The notes under the pieces: generated by a model
The model's input: only the letters and a program-made list of their open reading frames with translations
The model's database searches: none
What the model was told of the DNA's origin: nothing
In this document: positions 47,852 to 63,899 of the stretch, one piece after another
Position numbering within the stretch: position 1 is the stretch's first letter
Layout of the letters: each line of letters opens with the position of its first letter
Assembly (NCBI RefSeq): GCF_058153355.1
Contig: NZ_CM177019.1
Length of the DNA stretch: 64,000 nucleotides
Direction: 5' to 3' (one strand)
Position numbers and translations under genes: made by a program

Positions 47852-48850
47852 ATGAAAACGTTAGGTGAATTTATTGTCGAAAAGCAGCACGAGTTTTCTC
47901 ATGCTACCGGTGAGCTCACTGCTTTGCTGTCGGCAATAAAACTGGGCGCCAAGATTATCCATCGCGATATCAACAAAGCAGGACTGGTTGATATCCTGGG
48001 TGCCAGCGGTGCTGAGAACGTGCAGGGCGAGGTTCAGCAGAAACTCGACTTGTTCGCTAATGAAAAACTGAAAGCCGCACTGAAAGCACGCGATATCGTT
48101 GCGGGCATTGCCTCTGAAGAAGAAGATGAGATTGTCGTCTTTGAAGGCTGTGAACACGCAAAATACGTGGTGCTGATGGACCCACTGGATGGCTCGTCCA
48201 ACATCGATGTTAACGTCTCTGTCGGTACCATTTTCTCCATCTACCGCCGCGTTACGCCTGTTGGCACGCCGGTAACGGAAGAAGATTTCCTCCAGCCTGG
48301 TAACAAACAGGTTGCGGCAGGTTACGTGGTATACGGCTCCTCTACCATGTTGGTTTACACCACCGGATGCGGTGTTCACGCCTTTACTTACGATCCTTCG
48401 CTTGGCGTTTTCTGCTTGTGCCAGGAACGGATGCGCTTCCCGGAGAAAGGCAAAACCTACTCCATCAACGAAGGGAACTACATTAAGTTTCCAAACGGGG
48501 TGAAGAAGTACATTAAATTCTGCCAGGAAGAAGATAAGTCCACCAACCGTCCATATACCTCACGTTATATCGGTTCACTGGTCGCGGATTTCCACCGTAA
48601 CCTGCTGAAAGGTGGGATTTATCTCTACCCAAGCACCGCCAGCCACCCGGACGGCAAACTGCGTTTGCTGTATGAGTGCAACCCGATGGCATTCCTGGCG
48701 GAACAAGCGGGCGGTAAAGCGAGTGATGGCAAAGAGCGTATTCTGGATATCATCCCGGAAACTCTGCACCAGCGCCGTTCATTCTTTGTCGGCAACGACC
48801 ATATGGTTGAAGATGTCGAACGCTTTATCCGTGAGTTCCCGGACGCGTAA
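47852..48850 (+). CDS. fbp: Fructose-1,6-bisphosphatase class 1
   Basis: 332-aa [32 protein letters not shown]..., with the metal-binding DPLDGSSN motif. Confidence 0.95.
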
Positions 48851-48859
48851 ATGAGTTAA

Positions 48860-48881
48860 CGCCGGAGCAGTCCGGCGTTTT
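48860..48881. terminator. Rho-independent terminator downstream of fbp
   Basis: cgccggagcagtccggcg hairpin followed by TTTT. Confidence 0.65.
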
Positions 48882-48887
48882 CAATTA

Positions 48888-49403
48888 TCAATTAACAAAG
48901 GTTAATTTGACTCGTTTAGATACGCAAAAATAGGGGATCCAGATTGCAAGATGGATGATACTTTTCAGAAGCTCCCATGCATCTGTCAATTCAAATGAGG
49001 CATTAAGAAAGTGCATTGTCCCCCAAATATCAGCCACAATGAATGCAAACAGTGACAGAAGAAGGGCAATATAATACTGTGGAAGCTGGCGTTTTTTGTT
49101 AAAAAACAAATAAGTAGTATAAATCAACAGCAGAAACAAAACGGCAAATCCGGCGGTTTCCAGATAAAGTGCCGTCCTGAGCGGTTCTTCGTAAATTACG
49201 TGAGTAAGCCCCCAAGTATGGATAATTGAATACGCGTTCGCAAGAATACCAAGCACTAAACCAATTGCCGGCAGAAATAGCCAGCCGCCAATCCCTGTAA
49301 GCTTTTTATCCGCACAACTTTTACAATAATCGTCAGGTGGTAAAACAGCCACACCACAGTTTTTACATGTTGTTTGTAATTCTTCGCCGTCCTTCACCCA
49401 CAT
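48888..49403 (-). CDS. Hypothetical AT-rich membrane protein with N-terminal zinc-ribbon (CxxC-N10-CxxC) and about four predicted TM helices (171 aa)
   Basis: Complete ORF MWVKDGEELQTTCKNCGVAVLPPDDYCKSCADKK... followed by hydrophobic segments. By eye it is clearly more AT-rich than its neighbours. I do not recall a gene at this position between fbp and yjfF in K-12. Confidence 0.55.
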   Translation of the reverse strand: MWVKDGEELQTTCKNCGVAVLPPDDYCKSCADKKLTGIGGWLFLPAIGLVLGILANAYSIIHTWGLTHVIYEEPLRTALYLETAGFAVLFLLLIYTTYLFFNKKRQLPQYYIALLLSLFAFIVADIWGTMHFLNASFELTDAWELLKSIIHLAIWIPYFCVSKRVKLTFVN

Positions 49404-49430
49404 AAAAATATCCTTATATATCAGTAAAAT

Positions 49431-50435
49431 TTATTCTTTTAGTCTAATTTCCGGACTCACTCTCATTACTGGCGAACTCTGGCGATTCTCCCACAGCACC
49501 GTTAATCCACGCTGTAAGGCAATAAAAATGAACAGCAAAATGCCGATGGCGATTTTCGTCCACCAGGAACTCAGCGTACCGTCAAAGTTGATATATGTCT
49601 GAATCAGTCCCTGAATCGCCACGCCAAAAAGCGTCCCAAGTACTGTTCCAACGCCACCGCTCAAAAGTGTACCGCCAATCACCACTGAGGCGATAGCGTC
49701 CAGTTCCACACCTACGCCCGCCAGCGCATATCCGGCTTGGGTATAAATCGAGAAAACAATCCCCGCCAGTGTTGCCAGCCCGGTGGAGAGCATATAAATG
49801 CGAATAGTGGTGCTGCGAGTGGAAATGCCCATCAGGTTCGCCGACGTCGCGTTGCCACCAATGGCGTATACCTGATTACCAAAACGGGTACGATGCGCGA
49901 GGAATATGCCGATAACCACCACCGCAAGCATCAGCAGCCCCATCGCACTTAAGCGACCGCCGCCAGGGATTTTCCATGCAAGGCTTGAGAGCGTGTCATA
50001 AACAGGATGATTTATCGGGATCGACTCTTCCGAAACTAGATAGCTGACGCCACGCAAAAAGAACATTCCTGCCAGAGTAATGATAAACGCCGGGATCTTC
50101 AGGGCGTCGATCAAAAGCCCCATAAATGCGCCAAAGGCACAGCCCATCACCAGCACCAGTGGAAACGCCAGCAGCGGCGAGAGGCCGAAATCGCCAATCA
50201 CTTTTGCCAGAAACACGCCGGTAAAGGCGATCACCGAACCGACGGAGAGATCGATCCCACCGGAGAGGATCACAAAGGTCATGCCAACGGCGATGATCCC
50301 CAGAAAAGCGTTATCGGTCAGGATATTGCAGATCACTCTTGTGGAAGCAAAACCGGGAAACTGCGTCAGACAGTAGAGATAACCCAGCACAAAGACGCCG
50401 ATGGTGATCATAAGCGGCAGGTTACGTTTTATCAC
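49431..50435 (-). CDS. yjfF: Galactofuranose ABC transporter permease YjfF
   Basis: Polytopic ABC permease ORF, MIKRNLPLMITIGVFVLGYLY.... Confidence 0.9.
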   Translation of the reverse strand: MIKRNLPLMITIGVFVLGYLYCLTQFPGFASTRVICNILTDNAFLGIIAVGMTFVILSGGIDLSVGSVIAFTGVFLAKVIGDFGLSPLLAFPLVLVMGCAFGAFMGLLIDALKIPAFIITLAGMFFLRGVSYLVSEESIPINHPVYDTLSSLAWKIPGGGRLSAMGLLMLAVVVIGIFLAHRTRFGNQVYAIGGNATSANLMGISTRSTTIRIYMLSTGLATLAGIVFSIYTQAGYALAGVGVELDAIASVVIGGTLLSGGVGTVLGTLFGVAIQGLIQTYINFDGTLSSWWTKIAIGILLFIFIALQRGLTVLWENRQSSPVMRVSPEIRLKE

Positions 50436-51447
50436 GGCTACGCACTCCTTTAATCAGACTGATAAAGCGTTGCGACTGAACAATCAGCACGCAAAGCACC
50501 ACTACCGCTTTCACCACCTGGTTCATCTCTGGCGGAAAGCCAGAAAGTAAAATTCCGGTGTTCATCCCCTGAATAATCAGCGCCCCTACCACTGAGAGCA
50601 GCAGGTTAAAACGCCCGCCCATCAGCGATCCGCCGCCAATCACCACCGCAAGAATGGCGTCCAGCTCCAGCCATAATCCGGCGTTGTTGGCATCGGCACC
50701 GCGAATATCCGCCGCCACGATAATGCCCGCAATCGCCGCACACAGCCCGCTCAACACATAAGTGAGCATGACGATGATTCGTGTGTTGACTCCGGCATTT
50801 TTTGCCGCCCGAATGTTGATACCAACGGCTTCGATAAACATCCCCAGTGCCGTTTTGCGGGTCAACAGCCAGAAGAGGAGAAGCGTCAGTACCGCAATAA
50901 TGACTGGTGTTGGCAGGAACACCAGCGATCCGCTGCCAAACCATGAGAGATCCGGCGAGTTAAACGTGACGATCTGTCCGGAGGTGATCAGTTGCGCCAC
51001 GCCGCGCCCGGCGACCATCAGGATCAGGGTGGCGACAAACGGCTGAATTTTGAGGATCGCTACCAGTATGCCGTTCCACAACCCCGCTAGGATGCCGGTG
51101 CCCAGGGCGCTTAACAAAACAATCGGCAGGCTGAATCCCGCGACCGTCATCGCAGCCGTTGTGGCTCCGGCGATAGCCATCACCGCCCCTACGGAGAGAT
51201 CGATACCACCGGTGGCGATAACCAGCGTCATGCCAATCGCCAGTAGCGCAACCGGGGCGGCGCGATTAAGAATGTCGATGGGGCTACCGAACAAACGCCC
51301 ATCCTGAAGCACGACCTGCCAGAAATGCGGGGCCACCAGGCTATCGACCAGCAGCACCAGCAATAGCGCCGCCAGCTGCGGCATTCCCGTTGGCCAGCGA
51401 AAGCGCCTTTTCGACGGCGTAGTGTCCGGGAGAGATTGAGGCATCAC
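50422..51447 (-). CDS. ytfT: Galactofuranose ABC transporter permease YtfT (GTG start inferred)
   Basis: 341-codon ABC permease ORF, (M)MPQSLPDTTPSKRRFRW...; the start is chosen to give the K-12 length as I recall it. Confidence 0.88.
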   Translation of the reverse strand: MMPQSLPDTTPSKRRFRWPTGMPQLAALLLVLLVDSLVAPHFWQVVLQDGRLFGSPIDILNRAAPVALLAIGMTLVIATGGIDLSVGAVMAIAGATTAAMTVAGFSLPIVLLSALGTGILAGLWNGILVAILKIQPFVATLILMVAGRGVAQLITSGQIVTFNSPDLSWFGSGSLVFLPTPVIIAVLTLLLFWLLTRKTALGMFIEAVGINIRAAKNAGVNTRIIVMLTYVLSGLCAAIAGIIVAADIRGADANNAGLWLELDAILAVVIGGGSLMGGRFNLLLSVVGALIIQGMNTGILLSGFPPEMNQVVKAVVVLCVLIVQSQRFISLIKGVRSRDKT

Positions 51448-51457
51448 ACAGTTCTCC

Positions 51458-52960
51458 TTACGCCGCAATGGCGTTCATGATCGCCGGAACGGAAAGCTCT
51501 GCCAGCGGGATCTCCGCAACCTGTTTGCGATCGCGCATGATAATCACCCGGTCGGCATAGCCCACCAGCTCTTCCAGTTCGGAGGAGATCACCAGCAGCG
51601 CCAGACCATCGGCGCATAGCGTTTCAATCAGGCGGATGATCTCAGCGTGGGCACCAACATCAATGCCGCGCGTTGGCTCGTCGAGGATCAGAAATTGTGG
51701 ACGAGTCAGCAGCCAGCGAGAGAGCAGCACTTTTTGCTGATTGCCACCGGAGAGAAACTCAATCGGCTGTTCGGTGGAAGGTGTGCGAATGCCAAGCTGG
51801 CGGATAAAACGTTCGGCAATCTCTTGCTGTTCTTTACGGGAAATCGGCCGTAGCCAGCCGCGCTGGGCCTGGAGAGCGAGGATGATATTTTCCCGCACTG
51901 AGGCGGCGGCGATGATGCCATCAGTTTTCCTGTCTTCCGGGCAAAAGCCGATGCCCAGTACCGAAGCCTGATGTGGCGATCGTAGCGTTTGCGGTTTTCC
52001 TTTGATCAGCGCCGTGCCGCTATCGGCTGGTTTGATGCCGAAGATCACTTCAGCGGTTTCTGTCCGCCCTGATCCCAGCAAACCTGCCAGCCCGACGATC
52101 TCACCAGGACGTACTTCCAGATCAAACGGTGCGATCGTTCCTTTTTTGCCGTAATTTTTGAACGCGGCAACGGGTTTGTCGCTCAGCAATGTTCGTCCGG
52201 CACGCTGTAGCGCGTGGGTGTCCAGCTCGCGCCCCAGCATCATTTTTACCAGTTCGATCTGCGGTAGCTCGCAGGTTTCCCGACAGCCTACGAAACTGCC
52301 GTTGCGTAAGACGGTGATCCGATCGCTGACCTGATAGACCTGATCGAGAAAGTGAGTAACGAAGATCAGGCTGACGCCGCGATCGCGCAACTGACGCATC
52401 AGGCCAAACAGTAACTCTACTTCCTGAGTGTCGAGGCTGGCGGTGGGTTCATCGAGGATCAGCACTTTGGCGGAGAGATCGATGGCCCGGCAAATGGCGA
52501 CGATTTGCTGCATCGCGACTGAAAAGCGGTTGAGCGGTTCCCGCACGTCGAGGGAGAAACCGTAAGATGCCATCAGTTCGGTGGCGCGCTTTTCCATCTC
52601 TTTACGGCGTAGAAGGCCGAAACGTTTGGGTTCGCGACCTATGAATAGATTATCAGCGACCGACATATTGGGTAGCAGGTTGACTTCCTGATAGACGGTG
52701 CCGATGCCGAGTTGTTGTGCGTGGGCGGTATTTTTCGGTGAGATAGTCTGGCCTTCCAGCCAGATGGTGCCACGATCGGCGTGGTAGACACCGGTTAATG
52801 CTTTGATTAGCGTTGATTTACCTGCTCCGTTTTCACCGAGCAGCGCCATGATTTCACCACGGCGCAGGCTGAAATCAACGTTGTCTAACGCTTTGACGCC
52901 GGGGAAAAATTTACTTAATCCTTCGGTGTGGAGGATTTCCTGGTGTTGGTTAGTATTCAT
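51458..52960 (-). CDS. ytfR: Galactofuranose ABC transporter ATP-binding protein YtfR (tandem ABC domains)
   Basis: 500-aa ORF with two Walker A motifs (GENGAGKST, GLLGSGRTE) and ABC signatures. Confidence 0.92.
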   Translation of the reverse strand: MNTNQHQEILHTEGLSKFFPGVKALDNVDFSLRRGEIMALLGENGAGKSTLIKALTGVYHADRGTIWLEGQTISPKNTAHAQQLGIGTVYQEVNLLPNMSVADNLFIGREPKRFGLLRRKEMEKRATELMASYGFSLDVREPLNRFSVAMQQIVAICRAIDLSAKVLILDEPTASLDTQEVELLFGLMRQLRDRGVSLIFVTHFLDQVYQVSDRITVLRNGSFVGCRETCELPQIELVKMMLGRELDTHALQRAGRTLLSDKPVAAFKNYGKKGTIAPFDLEVRPGEIVGLAGLLGSGRTETAEVIFGIKPADSGTALIKGKPQTLRSPHQASVLGIGFCPEDRKTDGIIAAASVRENIILALQAQRGWLRPISRKEQQEIAERFIRQLGIRTPSTEQPIEFLSGGNQQKVLLSRWLLTRPQFLILDEPTRGIDVGAHAEIIRLIETLCADGLALLVISSELEELVGYADRVIIMRDRKQVAEIPLAELSVPAIMNAIAA

Positions 52961-52984
52961 AGTTTCCCCCGTTGTAAAGCGTGC

Positions 52985-53090
52985 GCCAGATAAGACACAA
53001 CAGCGTCGCATCAGGCATCTCGCACAACCGCCGGATGCGGCATAAACGCCTTATCCGGCGGCGTACAAGTCGGCATCAGGTATTGATGTC
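52985..53090. repeat. REP/BIME elements between ytfR and ytfQ
   Basis: gacacaacagcgtcgcatcaggc ... gccggatgcggcataaacgccttatccggcg match the REP consensus. Confidence 0.7.
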
Positions 53091-53092
53091 CC

Positions 53093-54049
53093 TCAATACC
53101 CCATATTTTTCTTCTTCTCTAACTCTTCTTTTGCGGTATCAGGCAGGTAAAGGGTGGACTTGGTCAGCGTCAGCTTTTCAGGCATCGTGCCGTCTTTTTT
53201 GTATTTCTCCAGCGCGTCAAAAGCAGGGCCTGCCATATTCGGCGTCAGTTCAACGCTGGCGTTCGCTTCGCCATCAATCATCGCTTTGTAGATGTCCGGC
53301 ACGCCGTCGATAGAGCCTGTCAGGATATCTTTGCCCGGTTTCAGGCCCGCTTCTTTAATTGCCTGAATTGCACCAATCACCATGTCATCGTTATGGGCGT
53401 AAACCATGCAGATGTTTTTGCCGTTGTTTTCCGCTTTGATAAAGCTCTCCATCACTTCTTTGCCTTTGCTGCGGGTGAAGTCACCTGACTGCGAGCGGAT
53501 AATTTTGATATTTGGCGCATTCTTAATGGCTTCGGCAAAGCCTTTCTTACGGTCAATGGCGACGCTGGCCCCAACGGTGCCCTGCAGCTCCACCACGTTA
53601 CACGGTTTGCCATTCACTTCTTTTACCAGCCAGTCACCGATCAATTTGCCTTCGAGGATGTTGTCGGCAGTGACGGTGGTCATATAGAGAGATTTGTCTT
53701 TCACATCGATGGAACGGTCAAGCAAGAAGACCGGGATTTCGGCATCTTTCGCCTCTTTTAATATCGGCTCCCAACCGGTCGCTACCACCGGAGCGATAAA
53801 GATCGCATCCACCCCTTGCGCGACGAAGGAACGTACCGCTTTAATCTGGTTTTCCTGCTTTTGCTGACCATCGGCAATTTTCAACGTAATTCCGCGCTTT
53901 TCGGCTTCACTTTTCGCCACATTGGTTTCTGCGGCGCGCCAGCCGGATTCCGATCCGACCTGCGAAAATCCTACGGTTAATGGAGCAGCCAACGCCATAG
54001 ACGACATGGCTGCCGAGACTGCAGAGACTACAAGTAAGCGTTTCCACAT
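53093..54049 (-). CDS. ytfQ: Galactofuranose-binding periplasmic protein YtfQ
   Basis: 318-aa ORF with a signal peptide (MWKRLLVVSAVSAAMSSMALA) and a periplasmic sugar-binding fold. Confidence 0.92.
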   Translation of the reverse strand: MWKRLLVVSAVSAAMSSMALAAPLTVGFSQVGSESGWRAAETNVAKSEAEKRGITLKIADGQQKQENQIKAVRSFVAQGVDAIFIAPVVATGWEPILKEAKDAEIPVFLLDRSIDVKDKSLYMTTVTADNILEGKLIGDWLVKEVNGKPCNVVELQGTVGASVAIDRKKGFAEAIKNAPNIKIIRSQSGDFTRSKGKEVMESFIKAENNGKNICMVYAHNDDMVIGAIQAIKEAGLKPGKDILTGSIDGVPDIYKAMIDGEANASVELTPNMAGPAFDALEKYKKDGTMPEKLTLTKSTLYLPDTAKEELEKKKNMGY

Positions 54050-54358
54050 AGGGTTGTCCTCGTCGGGGTAATTATTATTGGTGAAAAGATGTTCGCGAAA
54101 AAACTATAGACAATTCGTTATGTAACGGATTGCGTTACATCACACTTCAAAAAAGTAAATAAAACGTTAATCACAAGTTTGTAATCGCTTTCATCTCACT
54201 ATGAAAAATGCGGCTACGGTTATGGATTTTCCTGCTCTGTAAACCTTCTTAAAACTGGCGAAAAAGGAAAATGAAGACGAAAACAAGCGAAGACATTCGG
54301 CGCGAGTTGGCTATAATACTCGGCACTTGTTTGCCACATATTTTTAAAGGAAACAGAC

Positions 54359-54889
54359 ATGAGCTTACTCAACGTCCCTGCGGGTAAAGATCTGCCGGAA
54401 GACATCTACGTTGTTATTGAGATCCCGGCTAACGCAGATCCGATCAAATACGAAATCGACAAAGAGAGCGGCGCACTGTTCGTTGACCGCTTCATGTCCA
54501 CCGCGATGTTCTATCCGTGCAACTACGGTTACATCAACCACACCCTGTCTCTGGACGGTGACCCGGTTGACGTACTGGTCCCGACTCCGTACCCGCTGCA
54601 GCCAGGTTCTGTGATTCGCTGCCGTCCGGTTGGCGTTCTGAAAATGACCGACGAAGCTGGTGAAGATGCGAAACTGATTGCTGTTCCGCACACCAAGCTG
54701 AGCAAAGAATACGATCACATCAAAGACGTTAACGATCTGCCTGAACTGCTGAAAGCACAGATCGCTCACTTCTTCGAGCACTACAAAGACCTCGAAAAAG
54801 GCAAGTGGGTGAAAGTTGAAGGCTGGGAAAACGCAGAAGCCGCTAAAGCTGAAATCGTTGCCTCCTTCGAGCGCGCAAAGAATAAATAA
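54359..54889 (+). CDS. ppa: Inorganic pyrophosphatase
   Basis: 176-aa [35 protein letters not shown]..., with DGDPVDVL. Confidence 0.95.
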   Translation: MSLLNVPAGKDLPEDIYVVIEIPANADPIKYEIDKESGALFVDRFMSTAMFYPCNYGYINHTLSLDGDPVDVLVPTPYPLQPGSVIRCRPVGVLKMTDEAGEDAKLIAVPHTKLSKEYDHIKDVNDLPELLKAQIAHFFEHYKDLEKGKWVKVEGWENAEAAKAEIVASFERAKNK

Positions 54890-55237
54890 GTTCTTCTAGT
54901 GCCATAACCCTGAACGCCGGGCTTCGGTTAGTAAGGGTTTTTTATGCCCGCGATAAATAAACTCTCTATTCCCCTATCATTATTCTCAGCGCTTGCAAGG
55001 CTTGAACGGTAAGAACAAGCAAACACGACCACCATTTTGCTGTTCATAGCCGCTTGCTGGAAATTAGCCGACCTCACTCATTCTCACCGTTCAAAGCATG
55101 CCCCCGTTTTACCCCTACGTAATTGTGAACGCCAGCAGAGTTTTTTATGCGTTTACGGATATGGAAAGCGGCTCGGAGAGAAAAGCTAAAGATAGGGAAG
55201 TTACAAAAAAAATCGCGAGATACATCGCATAAAACAA

Positions 55238-55264
55238 CGCCACCCGAAGGTGGCGTGCTTTTAT
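55238..55264. terminator. Bidirectional terminator between ppa and ytfP
   Basis: cgccacccgaaggtggcg hairpin flanked by A/T runs. Confidence 0.6.
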
Positions 55265-55266
55265 TA

Positions 55267-55608
55267 TTACTTATCCCTGTCTAACCAGTCGCCGCTTTCA
55301 ATTAGCTTTAATCCATCGACGGGTCGTTGATAAACGTACATCCATGCACTCCCGTACGGCGTCTGAATCAACTGGCGCGCATATTCACCGCCCCTGGTGC
55401 GCAAGGCATCAAGTTCGGCCAGCGTGGCGTTGTCAATACGATAAACTTCACCGTGTACTGTTCCGTTCCCCGGAACTGCGCCTGGATAGTGGCCCAGGCT
55501 ATACAACTGGTAGTTATCGATACTGAAATCGCCCAGTAACTGGGCATTGGTCATCCAGTGACTGTTGCCTTGTTTGTGGCGTAAACTGCCGTAGACAAAT
55601 ATTCGCAT
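55267..55608 (-). CDS. ytfP: Gamma-glutamylcyclotransferase family protein YtfP
   Basis: 113-aa ORF, MRIFVYGSLRHKQGNSHWM... (YGSL motif). Confidence 0.88.
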   Translation of the reverse strand: MRIFVYGSLRHKQGNSHWMTNAQLLGDFSIDNYQLYSLGHYPGAVPGNGTVHGEVYRIDNATLAELDALRTRGGEYARQLIQTPYGSAWMYVYQRPVDGLKLIESGDWLDRDK

Positions 55609-55610
55609 TG

Positions 55611-61162
<5,552 letters not shown>

Positions 61163-61325
61163 TTAAACGGCTTAACAAAAATCCAGTAATATGGATTAAA
61201 AAGCAGACTAAACCCCAAATATTTCTTATGTTTTACTTTAGACCTATTCACGGTGGTTATTGTGTGCAAATACGTCTCTTGTTACAACCTTAACCCCAAT
61301 GACCGATTTTCGGGAGAGCGACACC

Positions 61326-61964
61326 ATGAGTTTATTTGATAAAAAGCATCTGGTTTCCCCCGCCGATGCCCTGCCTGGACGTAACACCCCGATGCCCGTA
61401 GCCACGCTGCATGCGGTCAATGGTCACTCAATGACCAATGTACCTGACGGAATGGAGATTGCCATTTTTGCGATGGGTTGTTTCTGGGGTGTGGAGCGTC
61501 TGTTCTGGCAGCTACCCGGCGTTTACAGCACCGCCGCAGGTTACACCGGCGGATATACGCCAAACCCCACTTATCGGGAAGTGTGCTCCGGTGATACTGG
61601 TCATGCCGAAGCGGTGCGCATTGTTTACGATCCTTCCGTCATCAGCTATGAGCAGTTGCTACAAGTATTTTGGGAGAATCACGATCCCGCCCAGGGAATG
61701 CGTCAGGGCAATGACCACGGCACGCAGTATCGTTCAGCGATTTATCCGCTGACCCCAGAACAGGATGCCGCCGCTCGTGCCAGTCTGAAGCGTTTTCAGG
61801 CGGCGATGCTTGCCGCCGATGACGATCGTCACATCACCACGGAAATCGCTAACGCCTCACCATTTTATTATGCCGAAGATGACCACCAGCAATATCTGCA
61901 TAAAAACCCATATGGTTACTGTGGAATTGGCGGAATTGGCGTCTGTCTGCCGCCGGAAGCATAG
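61326..61964 (+). CDS. msrA: Peptide methionine sulfoxide reductase MsrA
   Basis: 212-aa [22 protein letters not shown]..., with the active-site motif GCFWG. Confidence 0.95.
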   Translation: MSLFDKKHLVSPADALPGRNTPMPVATLHAVNGHSMTNVPDGMEIAIFAMGCFWGVERLFWQLPGVYSTAAGYTGGYTPNPTYREVCSGDTGHAEAVRIVYDPSVISYEQLLQVFWENHDPAQGMRQGNDHGTQYRSAIYPLTPEQDAAARASLKRFQAAMLAADDDRHITTEIANASPFYYAEDDHQQYLHKNPYGYCGIGGIGVCLPPEA

Positions 61965-62011
61965 CGTTACGGTTACAAACTCAGATTGTTGATAAAGTGA
62001 GCTTTGTTTAT

Positions 62012-62110
62012 GCCGGATGCGGCGTAAACGCCTTGCCAGGCCTACAAAACCCTCAAAATTCAATGTATTGCAGAGACTTCGTAGGCCTGAACAGCATAGC
62101 GCATCAGGCA
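62012..62110. repeat. REP/BIME elements between msrA and ytfL
   Basis: gccggatgcggcgtaaacgccttgccaggcctac ... gtaggcctgaacagcatagcgcatcaggc. Confidence 0.7.
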
Positions 62111-62286
62111 GTTTTGCATTTATCAGTCGTCTGAATTTTAACCCTCTGGCGACTTTACAGTACCTTACGCTATACTAGCCACTGAAAATGCCGGTTCACT
62201 TTCTTCGAATCGGCTTTCAATGTGTATTTCACACAAATTAATCAACTTCCCCTTCCGAGGATCTGGCCTGAAAGGTCGGATAAGAT

Positions 62287-63630
62287 ATGTTAAACAGTAT
62301 TTTTGTCATACTCTGCTTGATCGCTGTAAGTGCGTTCTTCTCGATGTCCGAGATCTCACTTGCCGCTTCACGCAAAATCAAACTAAAACTGCTGGCTGAT
62401 GAAGGCAATATAAATGCCCAACGCGTTCTGAATATGCAAGAAAATCCTGGCATGTTCTTTACCGTGGTACAAATCGGTCTTAACGCAGTGGCGATTCTCG
62501 GCGGTATTGTCGGTGATGCGGCGTTTTCTCCAGCTTTTCACAGCCTGTTCTCCCGCTATATGTCGGCGGAACTCTCTGAGCAACTGAGCTTTATTCTCTC
62601 TTTCTCGTTAGTAACTGGCATGTTTATCCTGTTTGCGGATTTAACTCCGAAACGCATCGGTATGATTGCGCCAGAAGCGGTGGCTTTGCGTATCATCAAC
62701 CCGATGCGCTTCTGCCTGTACGTTTGCACCCCGTTGGTGTGGTTCTTCAACGGCCTGGCGAACATGATCTTCCGTATCTTTAAACTGCCAATGGTACGTA
62801 AAGATGACATCACTTCTGATGACATCTATGCAGTTGTGGAAGCAGGTGCACTGGCAGGCGTGTTACGTAAACAGGAACACGAGCTGATAGAAAACGTCTT
62901 TGAGCTGGAATCCCGTACCGTTCCGTCGTCAATGACACCGCGTGAAAACGTGATTTGGTTTGATCTCCACGAAGATGAGCAAAGTCTGAAGAATAAGGTG
63001 GCGGAACATCCGCACTCGAAATTTCTCGTCTGTAATGAAGATATTGACCACATCATCGGCTATGTCGATTCTAAAGACCTGCTGAACCGCGTGCTGGCTA
63101 ACCAAAGCCTGGCACTGAACAGCGGCGTACAAATTCGCAACACACTGATTGTGCCGGATACATTAACCCTTTCAGAGGCATTGGAAAGTTTTAAAACTGC
63201 GGGTGAAGACTTCGCGGTGATCATGAACGAGTACGCGCTGGTCGTGGGGATCATCACCCTCAACGACGTAATGACCACACTAATGGGCGATCTGGTCGGT
63301 CAGGGACTGGAAGAGCAGATTGTCGCCCGTGATGAGAACTCATGGTTGATTGATGGCGGCACCCCGATTGACGACGTAATGCGTGTGCTGGATATTGATG
63401 AGTTCCCGCAGTCAGGCAACTACGAAACCATCGGCGGCTTTATGATGTTTATGCTGCGTAAAATCCCGAAACGCACCGACTCGGTGAAATTCGCCGGCTA
63501 CAAATTTGAAGTGGTGGATATCGATAACTACCGCATCGACCAGTTGCTGGTAACGCGGATCGACAGCAAGGCCACCGCCCTTTCGCCCAAACTGCCTGAC
63601 GTTAAAGATAAAGAAGAAAACGTCGCGTAA
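62287..63630 (+). CDS. ytfL: UPF0053/CNNM-family inner-membrane protein YtfL (DUF21-CBS-CorC)
   Basis: 447-aa ORF with an N-terminal DUF21 membrane domain and a CBS pair. Confidence 0.9.
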   Translation: MLNSIFVILCLIAVSAFFSMSEISLAASRKIKLKLLADEGNINAQRVLNMQENPGMFFTVVQIGLNAVAILGGIVGDAAFSPAFHSLFSRYMSAELSEQLSFILSFSLVTGMFILFADLTPKRIGMIAPEAVALRIINPMRFCLYVCTPLVWFFNGLANMIFRIFKLPMVRKDDITSDDIYAVVEAGALAGVLRKQEHELIENVFELESRTVPSSMTPRENVIWFDLHEDEQSLKNKVAEHPHSKFLVCNEDIDHIIGYVDSKDLLNRVLANQSLALNSGVQIRNTLIVPDTLTLSEALESFKTAGEDFAVIMNEYALVVGIITLNDVMTTLMGDLVGQGLEEQIVARDENSWLIDGGTPIDDVMRVLDIDEFPQSGNYETIGGFMMFMLRKIPKRTDSVKFAGYKFEVVDIDNYRIDQLLVTRIDSKATALSPKLPDVKDKEENVA

Positions 63631-63692
63631 CCCCAAGAAACATCAACGGCTCCTGAATCAGGAGCCGTCTTATTTACTGCATAGCACTTTGG

Positions 63693-63899
63693 TTAAGCCA
63701 TCTCTGTTTGCAGACGCATAACCTGACGGTTAACTTCGGACATCACTGACAAATGCAGCTTATCCTTCACTTTTGGGATAAGAATCTTACCCTTATCAAA
63801 TTCAAAAGCGCCAACGTCCTTGATGTATAACCGTCCACGGAACAGGATCTTTACGTACTTCGCCACCTGCAGTGGGTTGTACCGTTGGAAAATTTTCAT
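63693..63899 (-). CDS. ytfK: Small protein YtfK (DUF1107)
   Basis: 68-aa [71 protein letters not shown]; the longer ORF 63693..63965 is trimmed to the ATG with an RBS. Confidence 0.85.
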
